From an uncultured delta proteobacterium (GTDB lineage Bacteria > Myxococcota > Myxococcia > Myxococcales > Myxococcaceae), in NCBI GenBank assembly GCA_963796055.1, contig CAWCKH010000004.1, positions 3,296,001 to 3,360,000 on the forward strand: a DNA stretch of 64,000 nucleotides, given 5' to 3'. Positions 38,174 to 47,970 of this stretch are shown piece after piece. The position numbers and the translations under genes were made by a program. The notes below the pieces were generated by a model. That model was not told where the DNA came from. It was given only the letters and a program-made list of their open reading frames with translations, and did no database searches. Each line of letters starts with the position of its first letter. Position 1 is the first letter of the stretch.

Positions 38174-39694
38174 CTAGCTCTGCGTCACCCGCACGGTGGT
38201 CTTCATCTTCCGTCCGGTGGCCGGGTCGAGGGCGCTCATGGTGAGGATGCCCTCCACGTTCACGTCAAAGGTGACCTCGACCTGGGCCTCGCCCGCCTTG
38301 CCGGGGTTGATGCCGGAGAAGACGAACTCGCCGAGGAGCTCGTTCTTCTTCGCCGCCTCGTTGTCGCCCTGGTAGATGCGCATCGCCAGCTCGGTCTGGC
38401 CATCGAAGCTGGTGGTGGCCTGGATCTGCTTGGCGTTGGGGATGGCCGCGTTCCTGGGGAACACCACGTGGAAGCTGCCGCCTGCCTTCTCCAGGCCGAT
38501 GGCCATGGGGATGACGTCGAGCAGCTGGAGCCGGAGGTTGGTGTCGTCCTCCAGCGAGTGGGCGTAGAGCGCCGCCCCGATGGCCACCGCCTCGTCGGGG
38601 TGCACGCCCTTGCTGGGAGCCTTGCCGAAGAACTTGGTCAGCCGCTCCTGGATGATCGGCATCCGGGTCTGCCCGCCGACCAGCATCACCTCGTCGATCT
38701 GCTTGGTGCTCACCCCGGCGTCCACCAGCACCCGGGCCACCATCTGGAGCGTCCGGTCCACCAGGTGTTGGGTGAGCTCCTCCAGCCTCTTCCGGGTGAA
38801 GGTCATCTCGATGTTCAGCGGCTGGCCCTGCGCGGTCATGGTGATGAAGGGGATGCTGAAGGGCGCCTGCTCGCGGGTGCTGAGGTCGCACTTGGTCCGC
38901 TCGGCCAGATCCTTGATCCGCTGCATCGCCACCGGGTCGGTGGACAGATCGATGCCGGTCTTGGCCGCGAACTCGGTCAGGACGTGGTGGATCATCGTGT
39001 TGTCGAAGTCCAGCCCGCCGAGGAAGATGTCGCCTCCGGTGGCCTTCACCTCGAAGACCCGGTCGCGGATCTCGATGATGCTCACGTCGAAGGTGCCGCC
39101 GCCCAGGTCGTAGACCAGGGTCGTCTCGTGCAGCCTCTTGCCGATCCCGTAGGCCAGCGAGGCGGCGGTGGGCTCGTTGATGATCCGCACCACCTCGATG
39201 CCCACCAGCTTGCCGGCGTCCTTCACCGCCTGCCGCTGCCGGTCGTTGAAGTACGCCGGCACGGTGACCACCGCCCGGCTGATGGGCACCCGGAGGTAGT
39301 TGGAGGCGACGTCGCGGATCTTGTTCAGGATGCGGGCGGCAATCTCCTGAAGGTGGAACTCGCGGCGGGCGACGTCGATGACCACGTCGTTCCGGTCACC
39401 GGGGCGGACCTCGTAGCCCACGGTCTTGCGCATCGTCTCCACGATCTCGCTCGACCAGCTCCGCCCCACCAGCCGCTTGCTCCCGTAGACGGTGTTGCGG
39501 GGGTTGAGCTGCCACTGGCGCTTGGCCTCGTGGCCGATGAGCTCGTTCCCCTTCTCGTCGATGGCGAACACCGAGGGCACGGTGTAGTCGCCACCCTTGT
39601 AGGGGATGAGCTTGACCGACCCGTCCTCGGTCACGATGGCCGCGCAGGAGTTGGTCGTGCCGAGATCGATGCCGATGATGGGCGGCTTCTGCAT
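38174..39694 (-). CDS. Hsp70/DnaK-family protein, short (no helical lid)
   Basis: IGIDLGTTNS, TVPAYFND.QRQ, INEPTAA, DLGGGTFD. Ends just after the SBD-beta region. Confidence 0.93.
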   Translation of the reverse strand: MQKPPIIGIDLGTTNSCAAIVTEDGSVKLIPYKGGDYTVPSVFAIDEKGNELIGHEAKRQWQLNPRNTVYGSKRLVGRSWSSEIVETMRKTVGYEVRPGDRNDVVIDVARREFHLQEIAARILNKIRDVASNYLRVPISRAVVTVPAYFNDRQRQAVKDAGKLVGIEVVRIINEPTAASLAYGIGKRLHETTLVYDLGGGTFDVSIIEIRDRVFEVKATGGDIFLGGLDFDNTMIHHVLTEFAAKTGIDLSTDPVAMQRIKDLAERTKCDLSTREQAPFSIPFITMTAQGQPLNIEMTFTRKRLEELTQHLVDRTLQMVARVLVDAGVSTKQIDEVMLVGGQTRMPIIQERLTKFFGKAPSKGVHPDEAVAIGAALYAHSLEDDTNLRLQLLDVIPMAIGLEKAGGSFHVVFPRNAAIPNAKQIQATTSFDGQTELAMRIYQGDNEAAKKNELLGEFVFSGINPGKAGEAQVEVTFDVNVEGILTMSALDPATGRKMKTTVRVTQS

Positions 39695-39832
39695 GCTTGT
39701 CGGCATCCTACGCTAGCAAGACAGGCTGCCGTCCGGGGCACTCTGGCGCATCGGTCGGCAGTCGAGGGAGACTGCGGGGACGATGTGGGCGAGCGAGCCG
39801 GGGCGCCCGTCCGCGGATGGAGCGGCCGACGG

Positions 39833-42070
39833 ATGAGCGCGAAGGATTTCCTCAAGGAGGTGGGCGCGGTGGTCAGCCGCGACTTCCTCCAGGACCGGAG
39901 CATCCTCTCCTTCGAGGAATACCTCGAGCTGTTCCTCCACGGCCCGCACGCCCAGGTCCGGAACTCGGCGCAGTACCTCCATGACGTGCTGGACCACTTC
40001 GGCTCCGCACCGGTGCAGCACCCCTCCGGGCCGATGCGACGCTTCAAGCTGTTCGACCTCACCGACGGCGAGCGGATGGGCCGGGTGGCGGGGCAGGAGG
40101 AGGTGCAGAACGCCCTCTACCGGCTGCTCGGCAACTTCGTCCGGGCCGGGGCGGTGAACAAGCTCGTCCTGCTGCACGGGCCGAACGGCTCGGCCAAGTC
40201 CACGCTGGTGGACGCCCTGAAGCGCGGCATGGAGCTCTACTCGCGCGAGCCGCAGGGCGCGCTCTACGAGATTGCCTGGATCTTCCCCTCCGAGAAGCTG
40301 GTGAAGGGGAGCATCGGGTTCGGCGATCGGACGGGCGGCGGCGGTGAGCTGACCACCTTCGCCCACCTGGAGGAGGAGAGCGTGGAGGTACGGGTCACCT
40401 GCGAGATGCGGGACCATCCCCTCTTCGCCATGCCCCGGAGCGAGCGGCGGAAGCTCCTGGAAAAGGCGCTCAAGGTCCCGGCGCGCACCGGCGACGGAGA
40501 GGCGGTCCTGGCCGACTGGATCGTCGACGGCGAGCTCTGCCACAAGTGCCGGCGCATCTACAGCGCGCTCCTCGCCGCCTCCAATGGCGACTGGCTGCGG
40601 GTGCTGCGTCACGTCCAGGTCCGGCGCTTCTACCTCTCGCGCCGTTACCTGGTGGGGGCGGTCACGGTCGAGCCGCACCTGAGCGTGGACGCGGCCTACC
40701 ACCAGGTCTCCGCCGATCGGAGCCAGGCCAACCTCCCCGCGGCGCTGCAGAACCTCGTGCTCTTCGAGCCGCACGGGCCGCTGGTCAATGCCAACCGCGG
40801 CATCATGGAGTACGCCGATCTCCTCAAGCGTCCGCTGGAGGCGTTCAAGTATCTCCTCGGGTTCAGCGAGACCGGCGAGGTGCCGATGGAGCACTTCGTC
40901 CTGCAGCTCGACGAGGTGCTGGTCGCCTCCAGCAACGAGAAGCACCTGGCGGCGTTCAAGGAGCTTCCGGACTTCGCCAGCTTCAAGGGCCGCATCGAGC
41001 TGGTGCGGGTGCCGTACCTGCGCCGCTGGAAGGAGGAGAAGGAGATCTACGACGCGCAGGTCACCACCCGGACGGTGGGCAAGCACGTGGCTCCGCACGC
41101 CACCGAGGTGGCGGCGCAGTGGGCGGTGCTCACCCGGCTGAAGAAGCCGGTCCGCGAGCGCTACCCTGCGGACGTGCGGGAGATCCTCGAGGGCCTCACC
41201 CCGCTGGAGAAGATGTGGCTCTACGAGGACGGCACCGCACCCGACCGGCTGAGCCTGGCGCAGGCCCGGGAGCTGAAGAAGTGGCTCCCGGCGCTCTACC
41301 AGGAGTCGGACGCGTACCCGAACTACGAGGGACGCACCGGCGCCTCGGCCCGGGAGATCAAGACCGCGCTCCTCAACGCCGCCCAGAACCCGGACCGGCC
41401 GTGCTTGAGCCCCCTGGCGGTGCTGGAGGAGCTGACCGCGCTCACCAAGGACAAGAGCGTCTACGAGTTCCTTCAGGAAGAGGTGGTGGACGGCTACCAC
41501 GACCACGAGGAGTTCGTGCGCACCGTGGAGCAGCAATACCTCGAGTCGGTGGACGCCGAGGTGCGGGAATCGATGAAGCTGGTGTCGGACGAGCAGTACA
41601 CCTCGCTCTTCGAGACCTACGTGCAGCACGTCCGGCACTGGGTGAAGAACGAGAAGATGCGCAACCGCCTCACCGGCGAGATGGAGCGGCCGGACGAGAA
41701 GCGAATGGCGGAGATGGAAGGCATCGTCATGCCCCGGGGGGACGACCCCGGCGAGTTTCGCCGCGGGCTCATCGGGCAGATCGGCGCCCACCGGCTCGAG
41801 AACCCCGAGGGGGCGATGGACTACGGGCGCATCTTCCCCGACCTCTTCCGCCGCCTCCGGGCCCACTTCTTCGAGGAGCGCAAGCGGGCGCTCAGCCGCG
41901 GGGCGGAGAACGTGCTCAAGGCGCTCTCCGACGAGCGGAGCACCCTCAGCAGCCGCGAGCTGGAGCAGGTGAACCAGACCCTGGCCACGATGCGGGAGCG
42001 GTACGGCTACTGCGACGTCTGCGCCAAGGAGGCGATCCTCTTCCTGGTGCGCAAGCGGTACGCGAGCTGA
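39833..42070 (+). CDS. prkA: PrkA/YeaG-family AAA+ serine protein kinase
   Basis: LHGPNGSAKST, ANRGIMEYADLLK, HVAPHA, G.SARE, YGYCDVCA. Confidence 0.88.
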   Translation: MSAKDFLKEVGAVVSRDFLQDRSILSFEEYLELFLHGPHAQVRNSAQYLHDVLDHFGSAPVQHPSGPMRRFKLFDLTDGERMGRVAGQEEVQNALYRLLGNFVRAGAVNKLVLLHGPNGSAKSTLVDALKRGMELYSREPQGALYEIAWIFPSEKLVKGSIGFGDRTGGGGELTTFAHLEEESVEVRVTCEMRDHPLFAMPRSERRKLLEKALKVPARTGDGEAVLADWIVDGELCHKCRRIYSALLAASNGDWLRVLRHVQVRRFYLSRRYLVGAVTVEPHLSVDAAYHQVSADRSQANLPAALQNLVLFEPHGPLVNANRGIMEYADLLKRPLEAFKYLLGFSETGEVPMEHFVLQLDEVLVASSNEKHLAAFKELPDFASFKGRIELVRVPYLRRWKEEKEIYDAQVTTRTVGKHVAPHATEVAAQWAVLTRLKKPVRERYPADVREILEGLTPLEKMWLYEDGTAPDRLSLAQARELKKWLPALYQESDAYPNYEGRTGASAREIKTALLNAAQNPDRPCLSPLAVLEELTALTKDKSVYEFLQEEVVDGYHDHEEFVRTVEQQYLESVDAEVRESMKLVSDEQYTSLFETYVQHVRHWVKNEKMRNRLTGEMERPDEKRMAEMEGIVMPRGDDPGEFRRGLIGQIGAHRLENPEGAMDYGRIFPDLFRRLRAHFFEERKRALSRGAENVLKALSDERSTLSSRELEQVNQTLATMRERYGYCDVCAKEAILFLVRKRYAS

Positions 42071-42075
42071 GCGCC

Positions 42076-42094
42076 GACTCCCCAGGGGGGAGTC
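42076..42094 (+). terminator. GC hairpin after prkA (no U-tract)
   Basis: GACTCCCC-AGG-GGGGAGTC perfect 8-bp stem. Confidence 0.35.
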
Positions 42095-42127
42095 CCCCAT
42101 GTGGGGCCCTGGTGGTTAAGTCCTGGG

Positions 42128-42577
42128 ATGGCCAGGAGCTCTTGGGACCAGTACTTCATGGACATCGCCCGGCAGGTCGCGACCCGGGCGACCTGCGACC
42201 GGAAGCACGTCGGGGCGGTGCTGGTGCGTGACCGGACCATCCTCTCCACCGGCTACAACGGCAGCATCCGCGGGATGCCCCACTGCGACGAGGTGGGGCA
42301 CATGATGGAGAACGGCCATTGCGTGGCGACGGTGCACGCCGAGGCCAATGCCATCCTCCAAGCGGCGAAGAACGGCGTGCGGATCGACGGAGCCACCCTG
42401 TACACCACCGCCAGCCCGTGCTGGCCGTGCTTCAAGCTGGTCGCCAACTCGGGGTGCGTGCGGATCGTCTACGGGGAGTTCTACCGGGACCCCCGCATCT
42501 TCGAGGTCGCCGCCCAGCTGAAGCTCGAGCTGGTGAGTCTCGAGGTCCCGGCCCCGACCGCTCCGAAGCACGTCTGA
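42128..42577 (+). CDS. dCMP deaminase (ComEB family)
   Basis: WDQYFM, TGYNG, HAEANA, SPCWPC. Confidence 0.92.
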   Translation: MARSSWDQYFMDIARQVATRATCDRKHVGAVLVRDRTILSTGYNGSIRGMPHCDEVGHMMENGHCVATVHAEANAILQAAKNGVRIDGATLYTTASPCWPCFKLVANSGCVRIVYGEFYRDPRIFEVAAQLKLELVSLEVPAPTAPKHV

Positions 42578-42688
42578 CGACCACAGGACCTCTCGGCCCG
42601 GTCGCCCGGCCACACCCAGCGTCCATCTCAGGACACCAGGGTGCCCTCGCTCCGCCCCGGGTGTATCCCCACCGGCAAAAGTTACGGG

Positions 42689-43426
42689 ATGCGCGTTGAC
42701 GCAGCCCCGCGCCGGGGCCTACCTGTCCCCCGCGTGTCCCCCAAGGCAACTCCCTCGCTCGCTGCCCCGTCCGGCGCCGGAACCTCGGCGCTGATCCGCT
42801 CGGTCCGCTGGTCCTCCGCGGTGCGGCTCATGGACAGCCTGGTCCACGACGTACGTAACCCCCTGAACGCGCTGGCGATCAACGTGGAGATCCTCCACGA
42901 GAAGCTGGCGCGCGCCGCCGGGGGAGAGGTGCCTGCGGCGCAGGCGAAGAATCTCCAGGCGATGCGCGAGCAGATCGCCCGGGTGAACGGGATGCTCGGG
43001 GACTTCGCCCGCTTCCTCGCCCCGTCGCCCGGTACCTCGTCGGTGCTCTGCCTGTCGCAGGTGGTCCGCGAGGCGCTGGGGGTGCTGGGGCACGCCACCC
43101 GCCGGGCACGGGTGAAGGTCGCGATCGACGTGCCAGAGCAGCAGGCGGCGGTGGCGGCGATGGACCCCTCGGGGCTCGCCTTCCTGGTCCTGACCTCGGT
43201 GCTGCGGGCCATCGAGCGCACGCCCGAGGCGGGGCAGGTCCGGGTCTCCGTGCGGGACGAGGGGACACGCGTCGTGCTGCACGTCCAGGACGGAGGACGG
43301 GAGGAGGGCGAGGAGACCGAGGTGGAGCAGGCGGTGGCGGCGGTGGCGAGGGAATACGGGGCGGAGTTCCACGTCCGAGGGTCGCAGCTGCGGCTCTCCT
43401 TTCGAGCCGGCCAGGTGCCGGCGTGA
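42689..43426 (+). CDS. atypical cytoplasmic histidine kinase, Nla6S-like
   Basis: H-box VHDVRNPLNAL. The CA domain lacks N, F and G2 boxes and keeps only VQDGG. Start uncertain. Confidence 0.75.
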   Translation: MRVDAAPRRGLPVPRVSPKATPSLAAPSGAGTSALIRSVRWSSAVRLMDSLVHDVRNPLNALAINVEILHEKLARAAGGEVPAAQAKNLQAMREQIARVNGMLGDFARFLAPSPGTSSVLCLSQVVREALGVLGHATRRARVKVAIDVPEQQAAVAAMDPSGLAFLVLTSVLRAIERTPEAGQVRVSVRDEGTRVVLHVQDGGREEGEETEVEQAVAAVAREYGAEFHVRGSQLRLSFRAGQVPA

Positions 43427-43448
43427 ACCCCTGGAGATCGGAATCCAC

Positions 43449-44879
43449 GTGAGCAGCGCACGCATCCTGGCCGTCGACGACGAGCACAGCACCGCCCAGG
43501 CCCTGGCGGAGATGCTCGGGCTGTGGGGGCACAAGGTGGAAACCGCTGGCGACGGGACCGACGCGCTGAAGAAGGCGACCGAGTTCCGCCCGGACGTGGT
43601 GCTCTCGGATCTCGCGATGCCCGAGACCGACGGGCTGTGGCTGCTGCGCGCGCTCAAGGACGACCTGCCGGACTGCCCGGTCATCTTCCTCACCGGCCGG
43701 GCCACCATCGACGCCGCGGTGGCGGCGATTCGCGAGGGGGCCTACGACTTCATCGAGAAGCCGGTCGACCCTGCGCGCCTCAAGATCTGCATCGACCGGG
43801 CGCTGGAGAAGAAGGAGACCCTGCGCGAGGTGCAGGTGCTCCGTCGGAAGCTGAAGCAGATGGGCGCCACCGACTTCATCGGCGCCTCGGTGGCGATGCG
43901 GAGGGTGTTCGAGCTCATCGAGAAGGTCGCCCCGGCGAAGGCCAGCGTGGCGATCACCGGTGAGTCGGGGACGGGCAAGGAGATGGTGGCCCGGAGCATC
44001 CACAACCTCTCGCCCCGGCGGGACAAGCCCTTCATCGCCATCAACTGTGCCTCCATCCCGGCGACCCTGATGGAGAGCGAGCTGCTGGGCCACGAGCGGG
44101 GCGCGTTCACCGGGGCCGACCAGCGGCGGCCGGGGGTGTTCGAGCTGGCACACGGCGGCACGCTGTTCCTCGACGAGGTGGGCGAGATCCCCTTCGAGCT
44201 CCAGGCCAAGCTCCTCCGGGTGCTCGAGGAGGGCCGGCTGCGGCGGCTGGGGGGAAAGACCGAGATCGAGGTCGACGTCCGGGTGCTCTGCGCCACCAAC
44301 CGCGACTTCAAGGCGGAGATCCGCGCCAGCCGTTTCCGCGAGGACCTGTTCTTCCGGCTCAACGTGTTCCAGATCGCCCTTCCGGCCTTGCGCGAGCGGC
44401 GCGAGGACGTGCCGATGCTGGTCCAGCACTTCGTGGAGAAGTTCAACCAGGATTCGGGCAAGCACGTCACCGGGGTGCACCCGGCGGCGATGGAGCTGCT
44501 CCGGGCGTACGACTGGCCGGGCAACATCCGCGAGCTGAAGAACGCGGTGGAACGGGCAGTCATTCTCTGCGACGGCGAGCTCATCAGTCGCGACCACCTG
44601 CCTCCCGACATGGTGGGGAAGGGTCCAGAGCGACACGTCTTCCGCATCGCCTACGGACTCACCCTGGACGCGGTGGAGAAGGAGTACATCCTGGGGAGCC
44701 TCCAGCGAAACGCGAACAACAAGGCGCGGACCGCGGAGATCCTCGGGGTGAGCGAGAAGACGCTCTACAACAAGCTCAACCGCTACGCCTCCGAGGCCCG
44801 TGTGGCCGCTGCAGCCGCCGAGGCGGCCGGGCCCTCGCAGCCCCCGCTCACTCAACCGGCAAGCGCCCAGAATCGTTGA
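43449..44879 (+). CDS. sigma54-dependent response regulator (NtrC family, Nla6-like)
   Basis: Receiver domain, GESGTGKE, GAFTGA, WPGNIREL, Fis-type HTH. Confidence 0.95.
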   Translation: MSSARILAVDDEHSTAQALAEMLGLWGHKVETAGDGTDALKKATEFRPDVVLSDLAMPETDGLWLLRALKDDLPDCPVIFLTGRATIDAAVAAIREGAYDFIEKPVDPARLKICIDRALEKKETLREVQVLRRKLKQMGATDFIGASVAMRRVFELIEKVAPAKASVAITGESGTGKEMVARSIHNLSPRRDKPFIAINCASIPATLMESELLGHERGAFTGADQRRPGVFELAHGGTLFLDEVGEIPFELQAKLLRVLEEGRLRRLGGKTEIEVDVRVLCATNRDFKAEIRASRFREDLFFRLNVFQIALPALRERREDVPMLVQHFVEKFNQDSGKHVTGVHPAAMELLRAYDWPGNIRELKNAVERAVILCDGELISRDHLPPDMVGKGPERHVFRIAYGLTLDAVEKEYILGSLQRNANNKARTAEILGVSEKTLYNKLNRYASEARVAAAAAEAAGPSQPPLTQPASAQNR

Positions 44880-45061
44880 AGAATCAGCATGCCGGGGCGC
44901 GTCAAGCGCGTCCGGTCGACCTTGACTTTTTCCCCCCGGACGGAGGATTCTCGGGGGTCACTCCCGTGTTTGCCTGAACGGCCGCCGCCCTCCCGCTACA
45001 TGTCGTGCGGGCGGCTGCGGGAATTACGGCTCGCTGCTGCAAGGACAGCCCACATTACCCC

Positions 45062-46996
45062 ATGCGTGACGGACCCGTTCTGCACCTGTTCGGAGGAAAG
45101 GGAGGCGCAGGCAAGAGCACCCTGGCCTCTGCCTTCGCCCTGACCCTGACCGACGCCGCTCCCAAGGAGTCGGTCCTCCTCTGCAGCTCCGAGCCCACCA
45201 AGGCCCTCTCCGACGTTTGGAAGAGGCGGCTCGGCGGGAAGCCTACCCGGCTGGTTGCCGGCAAGGGGGAGGGCGGGCTGTCGGCGTACGAGTTCGAGCC
45301 CGAGTCGGTCCAGGCCAAGGCCGAGGCCATCCGCGCCGCCCTGGCCTCCGGAGCGGCGAAGGGTCTGCTGATGTCCGATGAGGACGTCGGCAAGCTGGTC
45401 TCCGGCGTGGTGCCCGGCGTCGAGCCGCTGCTCGGCCTGCTGGACGTCGTGGCCCAGCTCGAGTCCGGCAAGCTGGACCGGGTGGTGGTGGACATGGCCG
45501 GCACCGGTCCCACCTTGCGCCTGTTCGACCACGCCACCGTTCTTCGCCGGGCGGTGGCCCTGGCCCGGGGCGAGAAGCCCAGCGGGAAGAAGAAGGACAC
45601 CGTCCCGGTGGGCGACACCCCGCTGGACCAGCTGGTGGCGGAGCTGGATCGCTTCTGGGCGCTGGTGAAGGACCCGGCGCGGACCGCGTTCCACCTCGTG
45701 GCGCAGGCCGAGCCGGTGGGCGAGGCCCAGGCCAAGGCGCTGTTCACCGGCCTGCGCGAGCGCGGCATCCCGGTCGCGGAGATCGTGGTCAACGCGGTGG
45801 AGGAGCGGGCCAGCTCCCCGGCCTATGTGGGCCGCCGTGGGCTGCAGGCGCCGCACGTCCGCAAGTTCCAGACCTTCGACAAGACCGTCCCGGTCCATCT
45901 GGTGCAGCGCCGGGTGGAGGCGCCGAAGGGTCTGGAGGGACTGCGTCCGTTCGCCAAGGAGATCGCCGGGGGCCGGGAGACCAAGGCCCTGGAGTTCAGC
46001 GCCGCCGAGGGCCCGCCCGCGCTGGTGCGGGCGCCGTCCATGCCGCCCATCGCCGCCCCGCCGCTGCCGCCCACCCGGCTCATCTTCTTCGTGGGCCAGG
46101 GCGGGGTGGGGAAGTCGTCCTGCGCCGCGGCGGCGGCGGTGACGCTCACCGAGAAGGAAGGGCCGGTGCTGCTGATCAGCGTCGACCCGGCGCACGGGCT
46201 GTCGGACGTGCTGCAGAGCCGGCTCACCGACACCGAGACGCAGGTGAAGGGCACCAAGGGCCTCTACGCGCGCGAGCTGGACGTGCCCGGGTGGTTCGGC
46301 GCCCTCCGCAAGCGCTGGCGGGAGAAGGCGGAGAAGGTCTTCGAGTCCTTCGGCAAGCAGGAGGGGACAGACCGCGAGGTGCTCAAGAACCTGCTCGACG
46401 TGGCCCCGGCCGGCCTCGAGGACCTGGCGGCGGTGAGCGTCCTCACCGACGCGCTGGTCCAGGAGCGCTTCAAGCGCATCGTGGTGGACCCGGTGGCCTC
46501 GTCCACCGGGGTGCGGCTGCTCGAGGTGCCGGAGCTGGCCCGGACCTGGCTGACCAACCTCTTGGCGGTCCTGGTGAAGTACCGCGCCAAGGGGCTGGGT
46601 GAGCTGGCCGACGAGGCCGCCGCGCTGCTCAAGCACGTCAAGCGCTTCGAGGAGGCGGTGGTGAATCCCGCCGAGGCCCGCTTCGTGGTCGTCACCCGCG
46701 GCGAGGAGCTGGCGGCGGCGCGCACCGAGCGCATCGTGGAGGAGCTCCAGGGCAAGAAGCTGGCGGTGGAGCGGGTGCTGGTGAACCGCGTCCTCCCCAA
46801 GACCACCGACCCGGCCGCCGAGGAGCGCCGCCGGCAAGAGCACAACGTGGCCAAGGCGCTGGAGAAGAAGATCGGCCTGACGGTCACCGTGGCCCCGGCA
46901 CTGGGGCGTTACCCGGCCGGGCTCCGCGAGCTCAAGTCCTTCCGGACCGCCTGGTACGCGCTCACCGCCACCCAGGCCAAGACCCGGGCCGCCTGA
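45062..46996 (+). CDS. two-domain ArsA/Get3-family ATPase
   Basis: GGKGGAGKST and GQGGVGKSS P-loops, SVDPAHGLSD. Confidence 0.88.
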   Translation: MRDGPVLHLFGGKGGAGKSTLASAFALTLTDAAPKESVLLCSSEPTKALSDVWKRRLGGKPTRLVAGKGEGGLSAYEFEPESVQAKAEAIRAALASGAAKGLLMSDEDVGKLVSGVVPGVEPLLGLLDVVAQLESGKLDRVVVDMAGTGPTLRLFDHATVLRRAVALARGEKPSGKKKDTVPVGDTPLDQLVAELDRFWALVKDPARTAFHLVAQAEPVGEAQAKALFTGLRERGIPVAEIVVNAVEERASSPAYVGRRGLQAPHVRKFQTFDKTVPVHLVQRRVEAPKGLEGLRPFAKEIAGGRETKALEFSAAEGPPALVRAPSMPPIAAPPLPPTRLIFFVGQGGVGKSSCAAAAAVTLTEKEGPVLLISVDPAHGLSDVLQSRLTDTETQVKGTKGLYARELDVPGWFGALRKRWREKAEKVFESFGKQEGTDREVLKNLLDVAPAGLEDLAAVSVLTDALVQERFKRIVVDPVASSTGVRLLEVPELARTWLTNLLAVLVKYRAKGLGELADEAAALLKHVKRFEEAVVNPAEARFVVVTRGEELAAARTERIVEELQGKKLAVERVLVNRVLPKTTDPAAEERRRQEHNVAKALEKKIGLTVTVAPALGRYPAGLRELKSFRTAWYALTATQAKTRAA

Positions 46997-47001
46997 GCGC
47001 C

Positions 47002-47967
47002 GTGGCGGCCCCCTCGTTCGCCCTCGATTTCGAGCGGCCGCTGCTCGAGCTGGAGCGGAAGATCGACGAGCTGAAGTCACTCTCCGCCGCGGCGCCGGGC
47101 GACTTCACAGCCGAGATCCAGAAGCTGGAGAAGAAGGCCCGCCGGCTGCAGTCGGAGATCTTCAGCGACCTCTCCCGCTGGCAGGTGACGCAGCTGTCGC
47201 GCCATCCCCAGCGGCCCTACTTCCTGGACTACGTGCAGCTGCTGTTCACCGACTTCTTCGAGCTCGCCGGAGACCGCTCGTACGGCGAGGACCCGTCCAT
47301 CGTCGGCGGCTGGGCCCGTCTGGACGGCCGGCCCCTGATGCTGCTGGGGCACCAGAAGGGCCGGAACACCAAGGAGAACATGCTCCGGAACTTCGGGATG
47401 CCGAGACCCGAGGGCTACCGCAAGGCGCGCCGGCTGATGGAGCTCGCCGACCGGTTCGGCCGTCCGGTGCTCACCTTCGTCGACACCCCGGGCGCCTACC
47501 CCGGCATCGGCGCCGAGGAGCGGGGGCAGGCCGAGGCCATCGCGGTGAACCTCGAGGTGATGAGCCGGCTGCGCGTTCCGGTGATCAGCGTGGTCATCGG
47601 CGAGGGGGGCTCGGGAGGGGCCCTGGCCATCGCGGTGGCCAACCGGGTGCTGATGCTGGAGAACAGCATCTACTCGGTCATCAGCCCCGAGTCCTGCTCC
47701 AGCATCCTCTACCGGGACACCACCAAGGCGGAGAAGGCGGCAGACGCGCTCCGGCTCACCGCCCGCGATCTGCTCCAGCTGAAGGTGGTGGACGAGCTGA
47801 TCCCCGAGCCCGAGGGTGGCGCGCACCGCGATCCGGCCCGGGCGGCGGAGGCCGTGGGCCGGGTGGTGCGCCGGCATCTCCACGCGCTGCTCGCTCTCGA
47901 CGGACCGGCGCTGGTCGAGGACCGCTACCGGAAGTTCCGGGCGATGGGGCCCTTCGTCTCCGGCTGA
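47002..47967 (+). CDS. accA: acetyl-CoA carboxylase carboxyltransferase alpha
   Basis: RNFGMPRPEGYRKA, DTPGAYPGIGAEERGQ, GEGGSGGAL. Confidence 0.97.
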   Translation: MAAPSFALDFERPLLELERKIDELKSLSAAAPGDFTAEIQKLEKKARRLQSEIFSDLSRWQVTQLSRHPQRPYFLDYVQLLFTDFFELAGDRSYGEDPSIVGGWARLDGRPLMLLGHQKGRNTKENMLRNFGMPRPEGYRKARRLMELADRFGRPVLTFVDTPGAYPGIGAEERGQAEAIAVNLEVMSRLRVPVISVVIGEGGSGGALAIAVANRVLMLENSIYSVISPESCSSILYRDTTKAEKAADALRLTARDLLQLKVVDELIPEPEGGAHRDPARAAEAVGRVVRRHLHALLALDGPALVEDRYRKFRAMGPFVSG

Positions 47968-47970
47968 CCC

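Noticed and set aside
39714..39731. sigma54-like GGCAGCCTGTCTTGC upstream of the Hsp70 gene
   Set aside because: GG-GC spacing is 13 nt rather than the required 12.
37628..39832. Apparent 1480-aa PrkA fusion
   Set aside because: The N-terminal ~735 aa is the antisense of the Hsp70 and membrane-protein genes. Real PrkA starts at 39833.
45062..46996. Arsenic-resistance operon
   Set aside because: No arsR/B/C/D genes and no metalloid-binding cysteines. The gene is embedded with accA and cmk.
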